Translations under genes and position numbers: made by a program | The notes under the pieces: model-generated | What the model was told of the DNA's origin: nothing | Seen by the model: the letters and a program-made list of their open reading frames with translations, nothing else | Database searches by the model: none | Part shown: positions 43,800-55,485 of the stretch, piece after piece | How positions within the stretch are numbered: position 1 is the first letter of the stretch | Layout: the number at the start of each line of letters is the position of its first letter | Origin: an uncultured Gemmatimonadales bacterium | GTDB taxonomy: Bacteria; Gemmatimonadota; Gemmatimonadetes; Gemmatimonadales; GWC2-71-9 | Direction: 5' to 3' | NCBI GenBank assembly: GCA_963728915.1 | Contig: CAVSLV010000001.1 | Coordinates: forward strand, 1,472,001-1,536,000 | Length of the DNA: 64,000 nt

Positions 43800-45206
43800 G
43801 TGACTGACCCGACCACTCGCCACGTCGTGGCCCGAGGAAATCATCTCGTTCTCTATGCGCCTCCCTCCCCCATTGCGGCGGCGGAGGTGCTCCGGGGCGT
43901 GCTGGAGCGCCTCGTTCTGCCCACGGAGGCGGCCCGCCCATCCATGCTCGCGCTCGCTCCCCTGGAGGCCGTGGGCGAATGGGTCCGGATTGCCGAGTCG
44001 CTCCGGGACGATCTGCCGGTCACGGTCGGGGGCGCAGGCACTCCAGAGAGGCTCCTGCGCCTCCTATCGTCCCATCCTCCCATCCTCCTGGTCACCGCTC
44101 CCGAAATCGCCCTCGACCTGGTCCACCGCGCCGCGCTCAAACCGGTCGATCAGTCCGGATTCCTCCTGCTCTGGCCCGAGGCATGGGGCAAATCGGGTGA
44201 GGCCCTGCTCACCGAGCTGTTCCAGGACGTTCCAAAAGATACTCAGCGAATCGTCGTGAGCAGCGAGCCCATCACCGTGGGCCCGCTCGTGGAACGCTAT
44301 GCCTGGCGCGCCACCGTGACCGATCTCCTTGGCCAACGTGAGGCGGCCATCCCGCAGGTGCGCAGCGCTCCCGTCTCCTGGTCGAGCCGGATCGAGGCGA
44401 TCGGGGAGGTGATCGAGCAACTCGACCCCGAGTCTGTCACGGTGTGGGTCGCGGGTGCTCCGGATGTTCCGTCCATCGAGAAGGCGCTGCGGCACACCGG
44501 TATTCCAGGCCGCGTGACGCGAGAAACTCCCGGGTCTGCACCATTGATCATTGCCTATGACCTGCCCGGCCCAGCCATGCTGAAAGACCTCGCCAGCGCC
44601 GGCCCAGTACTGCTCCTGGTGCCGCCCGGCGCCGAGCGATACACGGCCTGGCTCGCACCGGTTCGGAAGCCGCTGCATCTTCACGGCGCCCTCGATCGCG
44701 CCCGCGACGAATCGGGCCGCCTGCGTGCCGAGATCCTCCGCGCCCTCGAAAAGGAGCTGGGCCCGAGCCAGCTGGCCGCTCTGGCCATTCTGGCGCCCCT
44801 CTTCGAACACCACGAAGCGACTGCCATCTCCGCGGCGCTGTTCCGGCTCTGGCAGGAGGCGATCAAGCCTGGAGAATCGGGAGCCGTGCGGGGAGGCGCC
44901 GAGGGCCCGGCCCGGCTCTGGGTGTCAGCCGGCCGGCGCGACGGCGTGACGTCCAGGGACCTGATGGCGGTGCTCGCGGGGGACTGCGCAGTCCCCCGGG
45001 AGGCGATCGGCCGGATCGAAATCCGGGAGTCCTTTTCGCTTGTTGAGATTTCCCCCTCGGCGGGGCCCGATCAGGTGGCGGAGCGGGTGACCGGAAAGTC
45101 GATCAGGAAGCGACGCCTGGTGGCGCGCCTCGATCGCTCCTCACCGCCGCTTGTTGAGCGAGTCGCGAAGCGGCTTCCCCGGCCGAAAGACCGGGGCCGT
45201 GCTTGA
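43800..45206 (+). CDS. DEAD-box-like protein with degenerate helicase motifs and a C-terminal DbpA RNA-binding domain
   Basis: GAGGAG RBS + GTG; C-terminal LWVSAGRRDGVT..DL...IGRIEIRESFSLVE; no GKT or DEAD motif. Confidence 0.7.
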   Translation: MTDPTTRHVVARGNHLVLYAPPSPIAAAEVLRGVLERLVLPTEAARPSMLALAPLEAVGEWVRIAESLRDDLPVTVGGAGTPERLLRLLSSHPPILLVTAPEIALDLVHRAALKPVDQSGFLLLWPEAWGKSGEALLTELFQDVPKDTQRIVVSSEPITVGPLVERYAWRATVTDLLGQREAAIPQVRSAPVSWSSRIEAIGEVIEQLDPESVTVWVAGAPDVPSIEKALRHTGIPGRVTRETPGSAPLIIAYDLPGPAMLKDLASAGPVLLLVPPGAERYTAWLAPVRKPLHLHGALDRARDESGRLRAEILRALEKELGPSQLAALAILAPLFEHHEATAISAALFRLWQEAIKPGESGAVRGGAEGPARLWVSAGRRDGVTSRDLMAVLAGDCAVPREAIGRIEIRESFSLVEISPSAGPDQVAERVTGKSIRKRRLVARLDRSSPPLVERVAKRLPRPKDRGRA

Positions 45207-45431
45207 ATTGATGGCGATGCTGTGACCGTTGCGCGGGTCCCGGCCATTCCGCGCCGCCCGGGTTCGCGTTTCGAAATGGCCGAACCCGGTGATCAGGACT
45301 CGGCGGCCCTTTTTGAGCTCGGTGGAAATGATACCCTGCGGAGCGAAGAGCGCGTCGATGACCGCCAGCGCTTTGTTTCGGGGTAGCTCGACCAGCCGGG
45401 CCACTTCAGTCACCAGTTCCTGCTTGGTCAT
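45141..45431 (-). CDS. HU/IHF DNA-binding protein
   Basis: MTKQELV, ITGFGHFE..RAARNGRDPRNG, PVFRPGK.LRD. Confidence 0.92.
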   Translation of the reverse strand: MTKQELVTEVARLVELPRNKALAVIDALFAPQGIISTELKKGRRVLITGFGHFETRTRAARNGRDPRNGHSIAINSSTAPVFRPGKPLRDSLNKRR

Positions 45432-45569
45432 CGTGTCCTCCGGTCGCCCGCGGAACACGCGGGAAGGCGCGGAATATGGGAGCCTCATTCCGATTTGCAA
45501 GAGCGCAAGGATTGCGCTTGACCGAACCGCAGCGGACCGCTATCGTCGGGGTTCGATGAGGTCCTCCTG

Positions 45570-46175
45570 ATGTACAATCTGGCGCGTCCTGGCACCATCG
45601 AAGTCATCGCGGGCGTGATGTTCAGCGGCAAGAGCGAAGAGCTCCTCCGCCGGGTTCGTCGCGCCCTGATTGCTCGACGCAAGGTCCAGGTGTTCAAGTC
45701 CCATCTGGACGAGCGCTACGGGGGGATCTACCGGGTCTCGAGCCACAGCGGCATCGAGTTTGAGGCCACCCCGGTGGATAGCGCCGCCGAGATCATGCGC
45801 CAGGTCCGGCCCGACACCGAGCTGGTCGCGATCGACGAGGCCCAGTTCCTCGACCAGGACATCGTCCCCGTGGTCACCGCCCTCGCGGGGCGCGGAATCC
45901 GGGTGATTGTCGCGGGGACCGACACCGATTTCCGTGGTGAACCCTTCGGCATGATGGGGCATCTCATGGCGATCGCCGAGGAGGTCGAGAAGCTGGCGGC
46001 GATCTGCGTCGTCTGTGGCGACCTCGCCTGCCGGAACCAGCGCCTGGTCGATGGGAAACCCGCCCGCTACGACTCCCCCACCATCCAGGTAGGTGGCGGT
46101 GAGGCCTACGAGGCCCGATGTCGCCGTTGTCATCGGGTCCCGCGGGAGAGCGAGGACCAGACGGCATTACTGTAG
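45570..46175 (+). CDS. tdk: Thymidine kinase
   Basis: [36 protein letters not shown]. Confidence 0.96.
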   Translation: MYNLARPGTIEVIAGVMFSGKSEELLRRVRRALIARRKVQVFKSHLDERYGGIYRVSSHSGIEFEATPVDSAAEIMRQVRPDTELVAIDEAQFLDQDIVPVVTALAGRGIRVIVAGTDTDFRGEPFGMMGHLMAIAEEVEKLAAICVVCGDLACRNQRLVDGKPARYDSPTIQVGGGEAYEARCRRCHRVPRESEDQTALL

Positions 46176-46215
46176 GCGGACAGGCGGACAGGCGGACAGG
46201 CGGACAGGCGGACAG
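46175..46215 (+). repeat. (GGCGGACA)x5 tandem repeat
   Basis: Read directly; a complementary (TCCGCCGG)n tract lies at 46271-46300. Confidence 0.85.
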
Positions 46216-46222
46216 AGGTGCG

Positions 46223-46924
46223 ATGACCAGGATGTCAACGTCAGAGAGAACCATTAGCCCTTCCCGTCATTCCGCCGGTCCGCCGGTCCGCCACTCCGCC
46301 GCCGTGTTCCACGCCGCTCTCACCGGCAACATTGCCGCCGGAAAATCCTCGGTCACCCAGCTGCTGCGCGAGTGGGGCGCCACCATTATCGACGCCGACG
46401 AGATCGTGCGTCAGCTCCAGCAGCCCGGCACTCAGGTGTTCAACGCCATCGTGGAGCGTTTCGGCCCGTCGGTGGTCGCCCCGGAAGGAACCCTCCGGCG
46501 CCCGGCGTTGCGAACCCGGATCCTGGCGAGCCCGGAGGACCGGAGCGCGTTGGAATCCATCGTCCACCCCGCCGTGCTCGGGGAGCGGGAACGGCTGCTT
46601 ACCTCCTGCCGGAACGGATCGTCCGGCGTCATCATCAGCGACATTCCCTTGCTCTTCGAGGTCATGGATCCCGCCGGCTTCGACGCCGTGGTCCTGGTCG
46701 ACGCCCCCCTGGAGGTCCGTCTCCACCGCCTGATGCGGGAGCGCGGAATCGAGGAGGGTGAAGCGCGCGCCCTGCTGGCCCTCCAGATCCCGGCGGACGC
46801 CAAACGCCCCGAATCCGACTACGTCATCGAGAACGACGCGTCGCGAGAGGCGCTCCGTGACCGGACCTGGGTGGTCTGGCGGAAGCTCGTCTCCGAAGCC
46901 CGGAAGCGCTTGATTTCGACCTGA
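46223..46924 (+). CDS. coaE: Dephospho-CoA kinase (start at 46223 or GTG 46304)
   Basis: LTGNIAAGKSSV, IIDAD, LESIVHP, DIPLLFE. Confidence 0.95.
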   Translation: MTRMSTSERTISPSRHSAGPPVRHSAAVFHAALTGNIAAGKSSVTQLLREWGATIIDADEIVRQLQQPGTQVFNAIVERFGPSVVAPEGTLRRPALRTRILASPEDRSALESIVHPAVLGERERLLTSCRNGSSGVIISDIPLLFEVMDPAGFDAVVLVDAPLEVRLHRLMRERGIEEGEARALLALQIPADAKRPESDYVIENDASREALRDRTWVVWRKLVSEARKRLIST

Positions 46925-46962
46925 CGTCGGGATATCCTCCTCCCCGATCCATCCCCCGGTTC

Positions 46963-46981
46963 ATTGGAGTCTGACCCCAAT
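46963..46981. repeat. REP-like palindrome ATTGGAGTC-T-GACCCCAAT, copy 2
   Basis: 9-bp arms with one mismatch; shares its core with 680-693. Confidence 0.55.
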
Positions 46982-46999
46982 TTTGTCCTGAGGACAATC

Positions 47000-47389
47000 G
47001 TGGCGAACGTACCGGACGACCTCCGCTACACGGCGGACCACGAGTACGTGAAGGAGAGCGGTGAACCCGGCGTTTTGACGGTCGGCATCACCGATTATGC
47101 CCAGGGCGAGCTCGGCGATGTCGTCTTCGTCAACATGCCGAAAGTCGGCCAGCGCTTCGATGAACATGAGGTGTTCGGGACGATCGAGGCGGTCAAGGCG
47201 GTTTCCGACCTCTATTGCCCCGTCGCGGGCGAAGTCGTCGCGGTGAACGCCGGTCTCGACAGCGACCCCGCCGCGGTCAATCGCGCCCCCTACGAAGACG
47301 GCTGGATGATCCGGCTCAAGGCCGCCAATCCCGCGGATCTGGACCGCCTGCTCACCGCCGCCGCCTACCGAGCCCATATCGGCTCCTGA
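47000..47389 (+). CDS. gcvH: Glycine cleavage H protein
   Basis: [33 protein letters not shown]. Confidence 0.96.
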   Translation: MANVPDDLRYTADHEYVKESGEPGVLTVGITDYAQGELGDVVFVNMPKVGQRFDEHEVFGTIEAVKAVSDLYCPVAGEVVAVNAGLDSDPAAVNRAPYEDGWMIRLKAANPADLDRLLTAAAYRAHIGS

Positions 47390-47402
47390 CCCCCGGCACG
47401 AC

Positions 47403-50261
47403 ATGAGCACCTCATCCAACACCGGCCGCTTCGGGCCGTTCGTTGCACGTCACCTTGGTCCCCGCGAGCAGGACACCGCCGAAATGCTGGGGGTACTGGG
47501 GTATCCCAGCCTCGATGCCCTGATCGATGCCATCGTGCCCGCGAATATCCGGCGCCGGAAACCCCTCGATCTGCCCGCCGCCCGCACCGAGCAGGAGGCC
47601 CTGACCGACCTCCGCGCCATGGCCGAGGACAACCAGGTCTTTCGATCGTACATCGGGCTCGGATACCACAATTGTTTCGTGCCCGGCGTGATCCAGCGAA
47701 ACGTGCTGGAGAATCCCGGCTGGTACACCGCGTATACGCCCTACCAGCCCGAGATTGCCCAGGGCCGGCTCGAGGCCCTGCTCAACTACCAGACCGTGAT
47801 TTCGGACCTGACCGGACTGCCGGTCTCCAATGCATCGCTGCTCGACGAAGCCACCGCCGCGGGGGAGGCGATGGCCCTTTCACTCGGTGCTGCCCCCCAC
47901 CACGACGACCCGCTCTACCTGGTGGACGAACATTGCCACCCCCAGACCATCGCCGTCGTAGAGACCCGCGCGGAGGCCCGCGGCGTGCGGGTCAAGGTGG
48001 GTCCGGCGAAGGACTTCGAATTCGGTCCCGGCACGGTCGGGTGCCTGGTGCAGTACCCCGACACCCTGGGCGCCATCGAGGATTACCGCGCCCTGGTGGA
48101 GAAAGCTCATCAGGCCAAGGCCCTGGTCACCGTGGCCACCGACCTGCTTGCCCTCGTGCTGCTGACCCCTCCCGGCGAATGGGGCGCCGATATCGCCGTC
48201 GGCAATTCCCAGCGGTTCGGGGTTCCGCTCGGCTTCGGTGGACCCCACGCGGCGTTTCTGTCGGCCAAAGAGGACTACAAGCGGCTCATGCCGGGCAGGA
48301 TCATCGGCGTTTCCAAGGACCGGCAGGGAAAGCCGGCGCTCCGGATGGCGCTCCAGACCCGGGAGCAGCACATCCGTCGCGAAAAGGCGACCAGCAACGT
48401 TTGCACCGCGCAGGTGCTACTCGCCGTCATGGCCGGGATGTACGCGGTCTATCACGGCCCGGAAGGCATTCGGGCGATCGCCGAGCGAGTGCACGGCCAC
48501 ACCCGGCGTCTGGCCGAGGCGCTCCGGAAGGCCGGGTTCTCCCTGGTCAGCGATCGTTTTTTCGATACCATTGCCATCGAAACGGAGGCCGCCGACGTAA
48601 CCCGCATCCACAGTGCCGCGCGGGCCAGGCGAATCAACCTCCGGGAGGTTTCCCCGAACCGGGTCGGCGTTGCGCTCGACGAAACCGTCACCGATGCCGA
48701 CGTCGAAGACGTGATTCAGGTCTTTGGCAAAAGCTCCAAGGCGGCGACCGGATCGAAGGCCGAGCTCGGGGTTCCCGCCGCTTTCCGGCGGAAGAGCGGG
48801 TATCTGGCCCATCCGGTCTTCCACAAGTACCGCTCCGAAACCGAGATGCTCCGGTATCTCCGCCGGCTCCAGGGTCGCGACCTGGCGCTCGACAGCGCGA
48901 TGATCCCGTTGGGTTCCTGCACCATGAAGCTCAATGCCACGACCGAGATGGTCCCGGTTACCTGGCCCGGATTCGGCGCCATTCATCCCTTCGCTCCGGC
49001 GGATCAGACGAAGGGCTACCGCCGCCTCTTCGATGACCTGGAGCGGTGGCTCGCCGAGATCACCGGCTTCGCGCGGGTTTCGCTCCAGCCGAATGCCGGT
49101 TCCCAGGGCGAGTATGCCGGCCTCCTGGTGATCCGTTCATTCCACCACGCCCGGGGTGACCACCACCGGAACGTCTGTCTCATTCCTCAATCGGCGCACG
49201 GCACCAATCCCGCCAGCGCGGTGATGGCCGGCATGAAGGTCGTGGTCGTGAAGACTGATCCCAGCGGCAACATCGACCTCACCGACCTCAAGGCCCAGGC
49301 CGGGGCGAACAGCAAGAACCTCGCGGCGCTGATGGTGACCTATCCGTCGACGCATGGCGTGTTCGAGGACGGGATCAAGGAAATCTGCTCCGTGGTTCAC
49401 CAGCATGGTGGCCAGGTATATATGGACGGGGCGAACATGAACGCGCAGGTCGGTCTCACCCGTCCAGGAGACATCGGGGCCGACGTTTGCCATCTCAATC
49501 TGCACAAGACCTTCTGCATTCCCCATGGCGGCGGCGGTCCCGGCATGGGGCCCATCGGCGTAGCGGCCCATCTCGCCCCCCATCTTCCCGGCCATCCATT
49601 CGCCACGACGCCGAAGACCGCAAGCGGCGCCGTCTCGGCCGCGCCTTTCGGCAGTCCTTCGATTCTCCCGATTTCCTGGGCCTACATCGCGATGATGGGC
49701 CCCGATGGGCTCACCGAAGCCACCCGCTACGCGATCCTCAACGCCAACTACGTCGCCAGGCGGCTCGAAGGCCAGTTCCGCACCCTCTACTCGGGGCACG
49801 CCGGATTGATCGCGCACGAATGCATCCTGGATTGTCGCCCGTTCAAGAACTCCGCCGGGGTCGAGGTCGAGGACGTCGCCAAGCGGCTGATCGATTACGG
49901 CTTTCATCCGCCCACTGTCTCTTTCCCGGTGGCGGGCACCCTGATGGTCGAGCCGACCGAGAGCGAGTCGAAGGAGGAGCTCGATCGGTTCTGTGATGCC
50001 ATGGTCGCGATCCGGGAGGAAATCGGCGAGATCGAAGCCGGGGTCGCTTCGCGCGAGGACAACCTGCTCCATCATGCACCGCACACCCTGGAGCAGGTGG
50101 CGTCCGACGAGTGGAATCGTCCCTACTCCCGCGAGCGGGCCGGCTTCCCCTCCCTGGCGACGCGGGCCCACAAGGTCTGGCCGACGGTGGGCCGGATCGA
50201 CCAGGCCTTTGGCGACCGGAACCTGGTGTGCGTGTGTCCGCCCATCGAGGAATACGCCTGA
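47403..50261 (+). CDS. gcvP: Glycine dehydrogenase (P protein)
   Basis: [40 protein letters not shown]. Confidence 0.98.
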   Translation: MSTSSNTGRFGPFVARHLGPREQDTAEMLGVLGYPSLDALIDAIVPANIRRRKPLDLPAARTEQEALTDLRAMAEDNQVFRSYIGLGYHNCFVPGVIQRNVLENPGWYTAYTPYQPEIAQGRLEALLNYQTVISDLTGLPVSNASLLDEATAAGEAMALSLGAAPHHDDPLYLVDEHCHPQTIAVVETRAEARGVRVKVGPAKDFEFGPGTVGCLVQYPDTLGAIEDYRALVEKAHQAKALVTVATDLLALVLLTPPGEWGADIAVGNSQRFGVPLGFGGPHAAFLSAKEDYKRLMPGRIIGVSKDRQGKPALRMALQTREQHIRREKATSNVCTAQVLLAVMAGMYAVYHGPEGIRAIAERVHGHTRRLAEALRKAGFSLVSDRFFDTIAIETEAADVTRIHSAARARRINLREVSPNRVGVALDETVTDADVEDVIQVFGKSSKAATGSKAELGVPAAFRRKSGYLAHPVFHKYRSETEMLRYLRRLQGRDLALDSAMIPLGSCTMKLNATTEMVPVTWPGFGAIHPFAPADQTKGYRRLFDDLERWLAEITGFARVSLQPNAGSQGEYAGLLVIRSFHHARGDHHRNVCLIPQSAHGTNPASAVMAGMKVVVVKTDPSGNIDLTDLKAQAGANSKNLAALMVTYPSTHGVFEDGIKEICSVVHQHGGQVYMDGANMNAQVGLTRPGDIGADVCHLNLHKTFCIPHGGGGPGMGPIGVAAHLAPHLPGHPFATTPKTASGAVSAAPFGSPSILPISWAYIAMMGPDGLTEATRYAILNANYVARRLEGQFRTLYSGHAGLIAHECILDCRPFKNSAGVEVEDVAKRLIDYGFHPPTVSFPVAGTLMVEPTESESKEELDRFCDAMVAIREEIGEIEAGVASREDNLLHHAPHTLEQVASDEWNRPYSRERAGFPSLATRAHKVWPTVGRIDQAFGDRNLVCVCPPIEEYA

Positions 50262-51022
50262 CCCGGGAATGGACCATCCTGCTCGATGAGCCACGCCCGG
50301 GCTGGCTCAACATGTCGATCGACTCGATGCTGCTCGACTCCGCGCAGCAACACGGCGCCAGGTTTCTCCGGCTCTACCGGTGGAATCCCTGGTGCCTTTC
50401 CTTCGGACGGCACGAGCCCGCCACCCGACGCTACGACCGCGCTCGCATCGAGGCCCAGAGGCTCGACCTGGTCCGTCGTCCCACCGGGGGCCGCGCGGTC
50501 TGGCACGCCCGTGAGCTGACCTACGCGGTGGCGGCGCCGCTCGCCGATTTCGGCGGACTCCGGCAGGCCTACCAGGCCATTCACCAGATGCTTGCCGAGG
50601 CTCTTCGCCTCCTCGGCGTGCCGGCGGAGCTCGCCGCGACCGGACGCGCTCCGGCCCCGGGCGCCGGCCCATGTTTCGCCGCTCCCGTGGGAGGGGAAGT
50701 GCTGGTGGGGGGACGCAAGGTGATCGGCAGCGCTCAGCTCCGTCAGGGCGAGGCATTTCTCCAGCATGGCTCCCTGCTTCTCGAAGACGATCAACCGCTG
50801 CTCGAGTCGCTGAGCCTGCATGGACCGATGCCGAGCCGCGAGGCCTTGCCGCTGCCTCTTGGGAGTCCAGTCACCTATGACGCGGCCGCTGCCGCCGTGG
50901 GTTCGGCGGCGTCCCAGCTCGGCGAAATACGGCCCGCCGATGATCTTGAAAAACTCGCGGCCGAGGCCGCGATGCGGCACGGAGAGCGATTCCGTTCTCC
51001 GGTCTGGACCTGGGAGCGATAG
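50258..51022 (+). CDS. Lipoate-protein ligase/octanoyltransferase (LipM/LplA family); probable CTG start
   Basis: [37 protein letters not shown]. Confidence 0.9.
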   Translation: MTREWTILLDEPRPGWLNMSIDSMLLDSAQQHGARFLRLYRWNPWCLSFGRHEPATRRYDRARIEAQRLDLVRRPTGGRAVWHARELTYAVAAPLADFGGLRQAYQAIHQMLAEALRLLGVPAELAATGRAPAPGAGPCFAAPVGGEVLVGGRKVIGSAQLRQGEAFLQHGSLLLEDDQPLLESLSLHGPMPSREALPLPLGSPVTYDAAAAAVGSAASQLGEIRPADDLEKLAAEAAMRHGERFRSPVWTWER

Positions 51023-51048
51023 GTCTCCGGGGCGTTATCTTCCGGGAA

Positions 51049-52674
51049 GTGCCCCGGATCAATCGCGTCATCCTGGCCACGCTGCTCGTCGCGGCGCCCG
51101 CCGCGGCCCAGCGACCCTCGGATCACGGCGCCGCCGTGATCCTGCTGGGACAGGAGCCGGTCACTCCCATCCCCACGCTCTACGGCGGCTCCAGCGCCAA
51201 CGCCAGCGTCGCCGACCTCCTGTTTCTTCGTCTGATGCGTCCGGGCCCGGCCCTGACCACCAGCGACGAGCGTACCTTCGAGCCCGAGCTTGCCCGGAGC
51301 TGGTCTCGGCGCGATTCGCTGACTCTCGTCTTCGAGCTCGATCCCAGAGCGAAATGGCAGGATGGGGTGCCGGTCACCAGCCGGGATGCGGTGTTCAGCT
51401 TTGCCCGGATGCGGGACTCGACGGTCGATCCGCAGCGAGCCCTGCTGCTCCGTCCGATTGTCTCGGTGAGCGCCGAGGGCGATCACCGGGTCGTGATCCG
51501 CTTCCGGGAGAAGTATCCCGAGCAGCTCTACGACGCGACCTTCCACGTCCAGCTCCTGCCCGCCCACCTGCTCGACTCCATTCCTCCCCAGCGCCTGGCC
51601 GAGTCCGCGTTTGCGCGAGCGCCGGTCGGGGATGGACCCTATCGCTGGGTGCGCCGAACCCCGGGCCAGCGCCTCGAGCTTGCCGGTGATCCCGGCTTCT
51701 TCCTCGGCGCGCCGAAAGTGGACCGGGTCGTCTTCCTGCTGGTCCGGGATGTCGAGGCCGCGCTGAATCTGCTGCTCGACGGCAGTGCCGACGTCTATGA
51801 AGCCGTTCCTCCCGTGACCGGGCCCGCCCGTCTCGCCGGCGATCGGAACATCCAGCTCATCGGGGCTTCCTCCTACGGCCTGCTCTACCTGCTCTTCAAT
51901 CAGCACGCCTACGGGGATCGCGCCTCGCCCCATCCCATTCTCTCGGATTCGGTGATTCGCCGTGCCCTGGCCATGGCGATCGATCGCCCGACGCTCCTGC
52001 AGAGCACCTACGGCGGTTTCGGAGCGCTCGCCGGCGCGCCGGTTTCGCGGGGGCAGTGGACCTACCGGCTGGTTCCCGAGCCGCGTTACGACCCGAACGC
52101 CGCGGCATCGCTGCTTCGTTCCCGGGGATACCTGACCCGCGATCGCGACGGCATGCTCGAGAAAAACGGGGTGGCGCTCACCCTCCGTCTCAATGTTCCC
52201 TCGACCAGCGCACCCCGCATGAAGATGGCCACCCAGATCCAGGAACAGCTCCGGAAGCTCGGTGTCCGGATCGAGATCGTCGCCGTCGATGGTCCGGTCT
52301 GGGCCCAGCGCCGCGGGCGGGGCGAGTTCGACATCGATTTCTCCGCCGCGGTGCTCGATCCGAGCCCCCGGGGAATCGTGCAGAGCTGGACCTGCGCCGG
52401 AAGGGGCGGTTCCAATGTCGCGGGCTTCTGCGACGCCGAGTTCGATCGCCTGCTCGACCAGGCGCTCCACGCAACCAGGACCGGGGAGTCGGCGTGGCGG
52501 CGCGCCTACCAGAGGCTCCAGGAGGATGCCCCCGCCGCGTTCCTGGTCTCGCCGCCGGTTCTTTTCGCGGTCCACCGCCGCTATCGCAACGCGACCTTCC
52601 GGCCCTCGTCTCCCTATGGCGATCTCTGGCGCTGGTCGGTGGATCCCGCCAAGCGGCTCGCCCGGGACCGGTGA
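51049..52674 (+). CDS. Peptide ABC transporter substrate-binding protein (family 5)
   Basis: PELARSW, KWQDGVPVTSRD, PVGDGPY, RRALAMAIDR. Confidence 0.92.
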   Translation: MPRINRVILATLLVAAPAAAQRPSDHGAAVILLGQEPVTPIPTLYGGSSANASVADLLFLRLMRPGPALTTSDERTFEPELARSWSRRDSLTLVFELDPRAKWQDGVPVTSRDAVFSFARMRDSTVDPQRALLLRPIVSVSAEGDHRVVIRFREKYPEQLYDATFHVQLLPAHLLDSIPPQRLAESAFARAPVGDGPYRWVRRTPGQRLELAGDPGFFLGAPKVDRVVFLLVRDVEAALNLLLDGSADVYEAVPPVTGPARLAGDRNIQLIGASSYGLLYLLFNQHAYGDRASPHPILSDSVIRRALAMAIDRPTLLQSTYGGFGALAGAPVSRGQWTYRLVPEPRYDPNAAASLLRSRGYLTRDRDGMLEKNGVALTLRLNVPSTSAPRMKMATQIQEQLRKLGVRIEIVAVDGPVWAQRRGRGEFDIDFSAAVLDPSPRGIVQSWTCAGRGGSNVAGFCDAEFDRLLDQALHATRTGESAWRRAYQRLQEDAPAAFLVSPPVLFAVHRRYRNATFRPSSPYGDLWRWSVDPAKRLARDR

Positions 52675-53660
52675 CCGGCTGGCTGTTCCGACGCCTGCTG
52701 CAAGCCGCCGCGACGTTCGCGGTCGCCGTCCTCCTCCTCTTCATCCTGCTGCGGGTCACCCCGGGAGATCCGCTCTCCCGGTTGAGCGAAGATCGCGACG
52801 CGTCCGCCCAGGAAATCGCCCAGCTCCGGGCCCGCTACGGCCTCGATCAGCCGATCGCCACCCAGCTCAAGGCGTTTCTCACGGGAGTCGTCAAGGGCGA
52901 CCTCGGTGTGTCGATCGAGCACTATCCCGAACGGGTCACCAGCCTCCTCGCTTCGCGGCTGCCCGCCACGCTTCTCCTCGGCGGGACCGTGCTGCTGCTC
53001 AACTTCACGGTCGGGATCTGGCTCGGAGTGCGCCAGGCGGTGCGTCGAGGGTCCGCCCTGGACCGCTGGCTCACCCGGGGCGCGCTCGCGGCCTACGCGA
53101 TGCCGAGCTTCTGGCTCGGGCTCATCCTGGTCACCTTCGTGAGCATTCGGTGGCACCTCCTGCCCGCGGCCCAGATGACCGACCCGCTGCTCCCCGAAGA
53201 TGCCGGTGGCCTGACCCGGCTGGTCGACCTGCTCCGCCACCTGATTCTCCCAGCGCTCACCCTGTCGGTCACCAGCATCGCCCTGCCCATGCGTCATCAG
53301 CGGAATGCCCTGCTCGCGGTCTTCCGGCTGGAGTTTGTCACCGCGGCGCGAGCCCGGGGCCTCCCCGAGCGGACCGTGCTCTGGCGCCACGCCTGGCGCA
53401 CCACCCTGGTGCCGATCCTGACCCTGCTGGGACTCTGGCTCCCGATCCTGGTCTCAGGCTCGGTGTTCGTCGAGGCGGTGTTCAACTGGCCCGGGTTAGG
53501 CTCCCTTGCCTATCAGGCCATCGCCAGCCGCGACTACCCGGTGCTGCTGGGGACCGCCATGCTGGTGTCCGGCACGGTGGTGCTCGCGGGGCTCCTCGCC
53601 GACCTCGGGTACCTGCTCGCCGACCCCCGGATCCGCGTGGGCGAGCGCGCTCCGGCATGA
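52671..53660 (+). CDS. Peptide ABC transporter permease (OppB/DppB-like)
   Basis: PGDP, YGLDQP, MPSFWLG, FVTAARARGL, VEAVFNWPGLG. Confidence 0.93.
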   Translation: MTGWLFRRLLQAAATFAVAVLLLFILLRVTPGDPLSRLSEDRDASAQEIAQLRARYGLDQPIATQLKAFLTGVVKGDLGVSIEHYPERVTSLLASRLPATLLLGGTVLLLNFTVGIWLGVRQAVRRGSALDRWLTRGALAAYAMPSFWLGLILVTFVSIRWHLLPAAQMTDPLLPEDAGGLTRLVDLLRHLILPALTLSVTSIALPMRHQRNALLAVFRLEFVTAARARGLPERTVLWRHAWRTTLVPILTLLGLWLPILVSGSVFVEAVFNWPGLGSLAYQAIASRDYPVLLGTAMLVSGTVVLAGLLADLGYLLADPRIRVGERAPA

Positions 53661-54499
53661 TCGGCCCCCTCCTCGATCTGCCGCGCCGGGCGATCCGGGT
53701 GCCCTCGGGTCGGGCCGGCCTGGTGATCCTCGGTCTCCTCGGGGTGAGTGCGCTGGCCGGCCCCCTGGTGTTGCCTCCCCCCTCCGAGATGCCGGACGTG
53801 GTCGCCGGCGCGACGCCACCGTCGAGGTCCCATCCCTTCGGGACCGATCACCTGAATCGCGACATCCTTTCCCGGGTGGTCACCGGGGGGCGGATCTCGC
53901 TCAGCGTCGCGCTGCTCGCCATGCTGGTCTCCGTCACCCTGGGCAGCGCGGTAGGCCTGGTCGCGGGTTATGCGGGCGGGTGGCTCGACACCGTGCTCAT
54001 GCGGATCGTGGACGCGGCGCTGGCCATCCCGAGGCTCTTCGTGATCCTGCTCCTCCTCGTGGTGTGGGAGCGGGTTCCCCTCGCTGCGCTGATCTGGGTC
54101 CTGGGGACCACCGGCTGGTTCGCCACCAGTCGACTGGTTCGGGGCGAAGTGCTGCGGCTCCGGAGCGAGCCGTTCATCTCCGCCGCCCAGGCGCTGGGGG
54201 CGCGGCCGCTCCGGGTCATCGCCCGGCATCTGCTCCCCAACGCGGCCGGGCCCCTCCTGGTCGCCGCTACCCTTGGCGTCGGTGAGGTGATCCTGCTCGA
54301 AGCCGGCCTCTCCTTTCTCGGCCTCGGCATCCAGCCGCCCACGCCATCCTGGGGCGGAATGGTGCTCGACGCGCGCCCGGTAATGGTCACCGCCCCGTGG
54401 ACCGCGATCTTTCCCGGCGCGGCCATCGTGGTGACGGTCCTCGCCGTCAACCTGATGGGCGATGCGTTGCAGACCGCGCTCGATCCGAGGGGCCGATGA
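53657..54499 (+). CDS. Peptide ABC transporter permease (OppC/DppC-like)
   Basis: HPFGTDHLNRD, FISAAQALG, HLLPN, LSFLGLG..PP.PSWG. Confidence 0.93.
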   Translation: MIGPLLDLPRRAIRVPSGRAGLVILGLLGVSALAGPLVLPPPSEMPDVVAGATPPSRSHPFGTDHLNRDILSRVVTGGRISLSVALLAMLVSVTLGSAVGLVAGYAGGWLDTVLMRIVDAALAIPRLFVILLLLVVWERVPLAALIWVLGTTGWFATSRLVRGEVLRLRSEPFISAAQALGARPLRVIARHLLPNAAGPLLVAATLGVGEVILLEAGLSFLGLGIQPPTPSWGGMVLDARPVMVTAPWTAIFPGAAIVVTVLAVNLMGDALQTALDPRGR

Positions 54500-55485
54500 G
54501 CGGCGAGCCGCTGCTCCAGGTCCGCGGCCTTACCATCCGGTTCCCTGCCACCCGGAGCGCAGCGGAGGCGATTCCGGTCCGCGGGGTGGATTTCGACCTG
54601 TATCGAGGAGAGATCCTCGCTCTGGTCGGGGAATCCGGCAGCGGCAAGAGCCTGACCGGGCTTTCCCTGCTCGGCCTGGTCCCTCACCCCGGGCGGGTGG
54701 ATCCCGACTCCCGACTCCTCCTCGGCGACCAGGATATCAACCGCCTGAGTCCCCGCGACCTTCGTGCGGTCCGGGGCCGGCGGATCGGCATGGTGTTCCA
54801 GGATCCATCCACCAGCCTGACTCCGGTCCTCACCATCGGGACCCAGCTTCGCGAAGCCCTGACCGCCCATCGCCAGCTGGATGCGGCCGAGGCGCGCCGC
54901 CGGGCCGAAGCGCTGCTCCTCGAAGCCGGGATGCCGGACCCGGAAGCGGGTTATGGGGCGTATCCCCACGAGCTCTCCGGCGGGCTCCGTCAGCGCGCCA
55001 TGATCGCCATCGCGCTCGCGGGAGAGCCGGACCTCCTGATCGCCGACGAGCCCACCAGCGCGCTCGACGTGACCGTGCAGGCCCAGATTCTCGAGACCAT
55101 CGACCGGCTTCGGGCCGAGCGCGGCATGGCGGTGCTGCTCATCACCCACGACCTCGGGATCGTGGCGGGGCGGGCCGATCGGGTGGCGGTGATGTACGCC
55201 GGTCAGATCGTCGAGCAACGCGCCACGGCGGAGCTGTTCCGGTCTCCCGCCCATCCCTACACCCGGGCACTCCTCAAGGCGATTCCCCGACTGGACCGGG
55301 CCGCCGGTGAGCTGCTCACCATTCCAGGAGCGGTCCCCTCCCCGGCGGAATGGCGGACCGGGTGCCGGTTCCATCCCCGGTGCGGCGAAGCCCTGAGCCG
55401 CTGCGCCTTCGAGAATCCTCCAGTCATTCCCCTCGGCACCGGGGAGTGGAGCCGCTGCTGGCTCCCGGAGGAAAAACCCCGATGA
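54496..55485 (+). CDS. Peptide ABC transporter ATP-binding protein (OppD-like)
   Basis: [34 protein letters not shown]. Confidence 0.94.
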   Translation: MSGEPLLQVRGLTIRFPATRSAAEAIPVRGVDFDLYRGEILALVGESGSGKSLTGLSLLGLVPHPGRVDPDSRLLLGDQDINRLSPRDLRAVRGRRIGMVFQDPSTSLTPVLTIGTQLREALTAHRQLDAAEARRRAEALLLEAGMPDPEAGYGAYPHELSGGLRQRAMIAIALAGEPDLLIADEPTSALDVTVQAQILETIDRLRAERGMAVLLITHDLGIVAGRADRVAVMYAGQIVEQRATAELFRSPAHPYTRALLKAIPRLDRAAGELLTIPGAVPSPAEWRTGCRFHPRCGEALSRCAFENPPVIPLGTGEWSRCWLPEEKPR

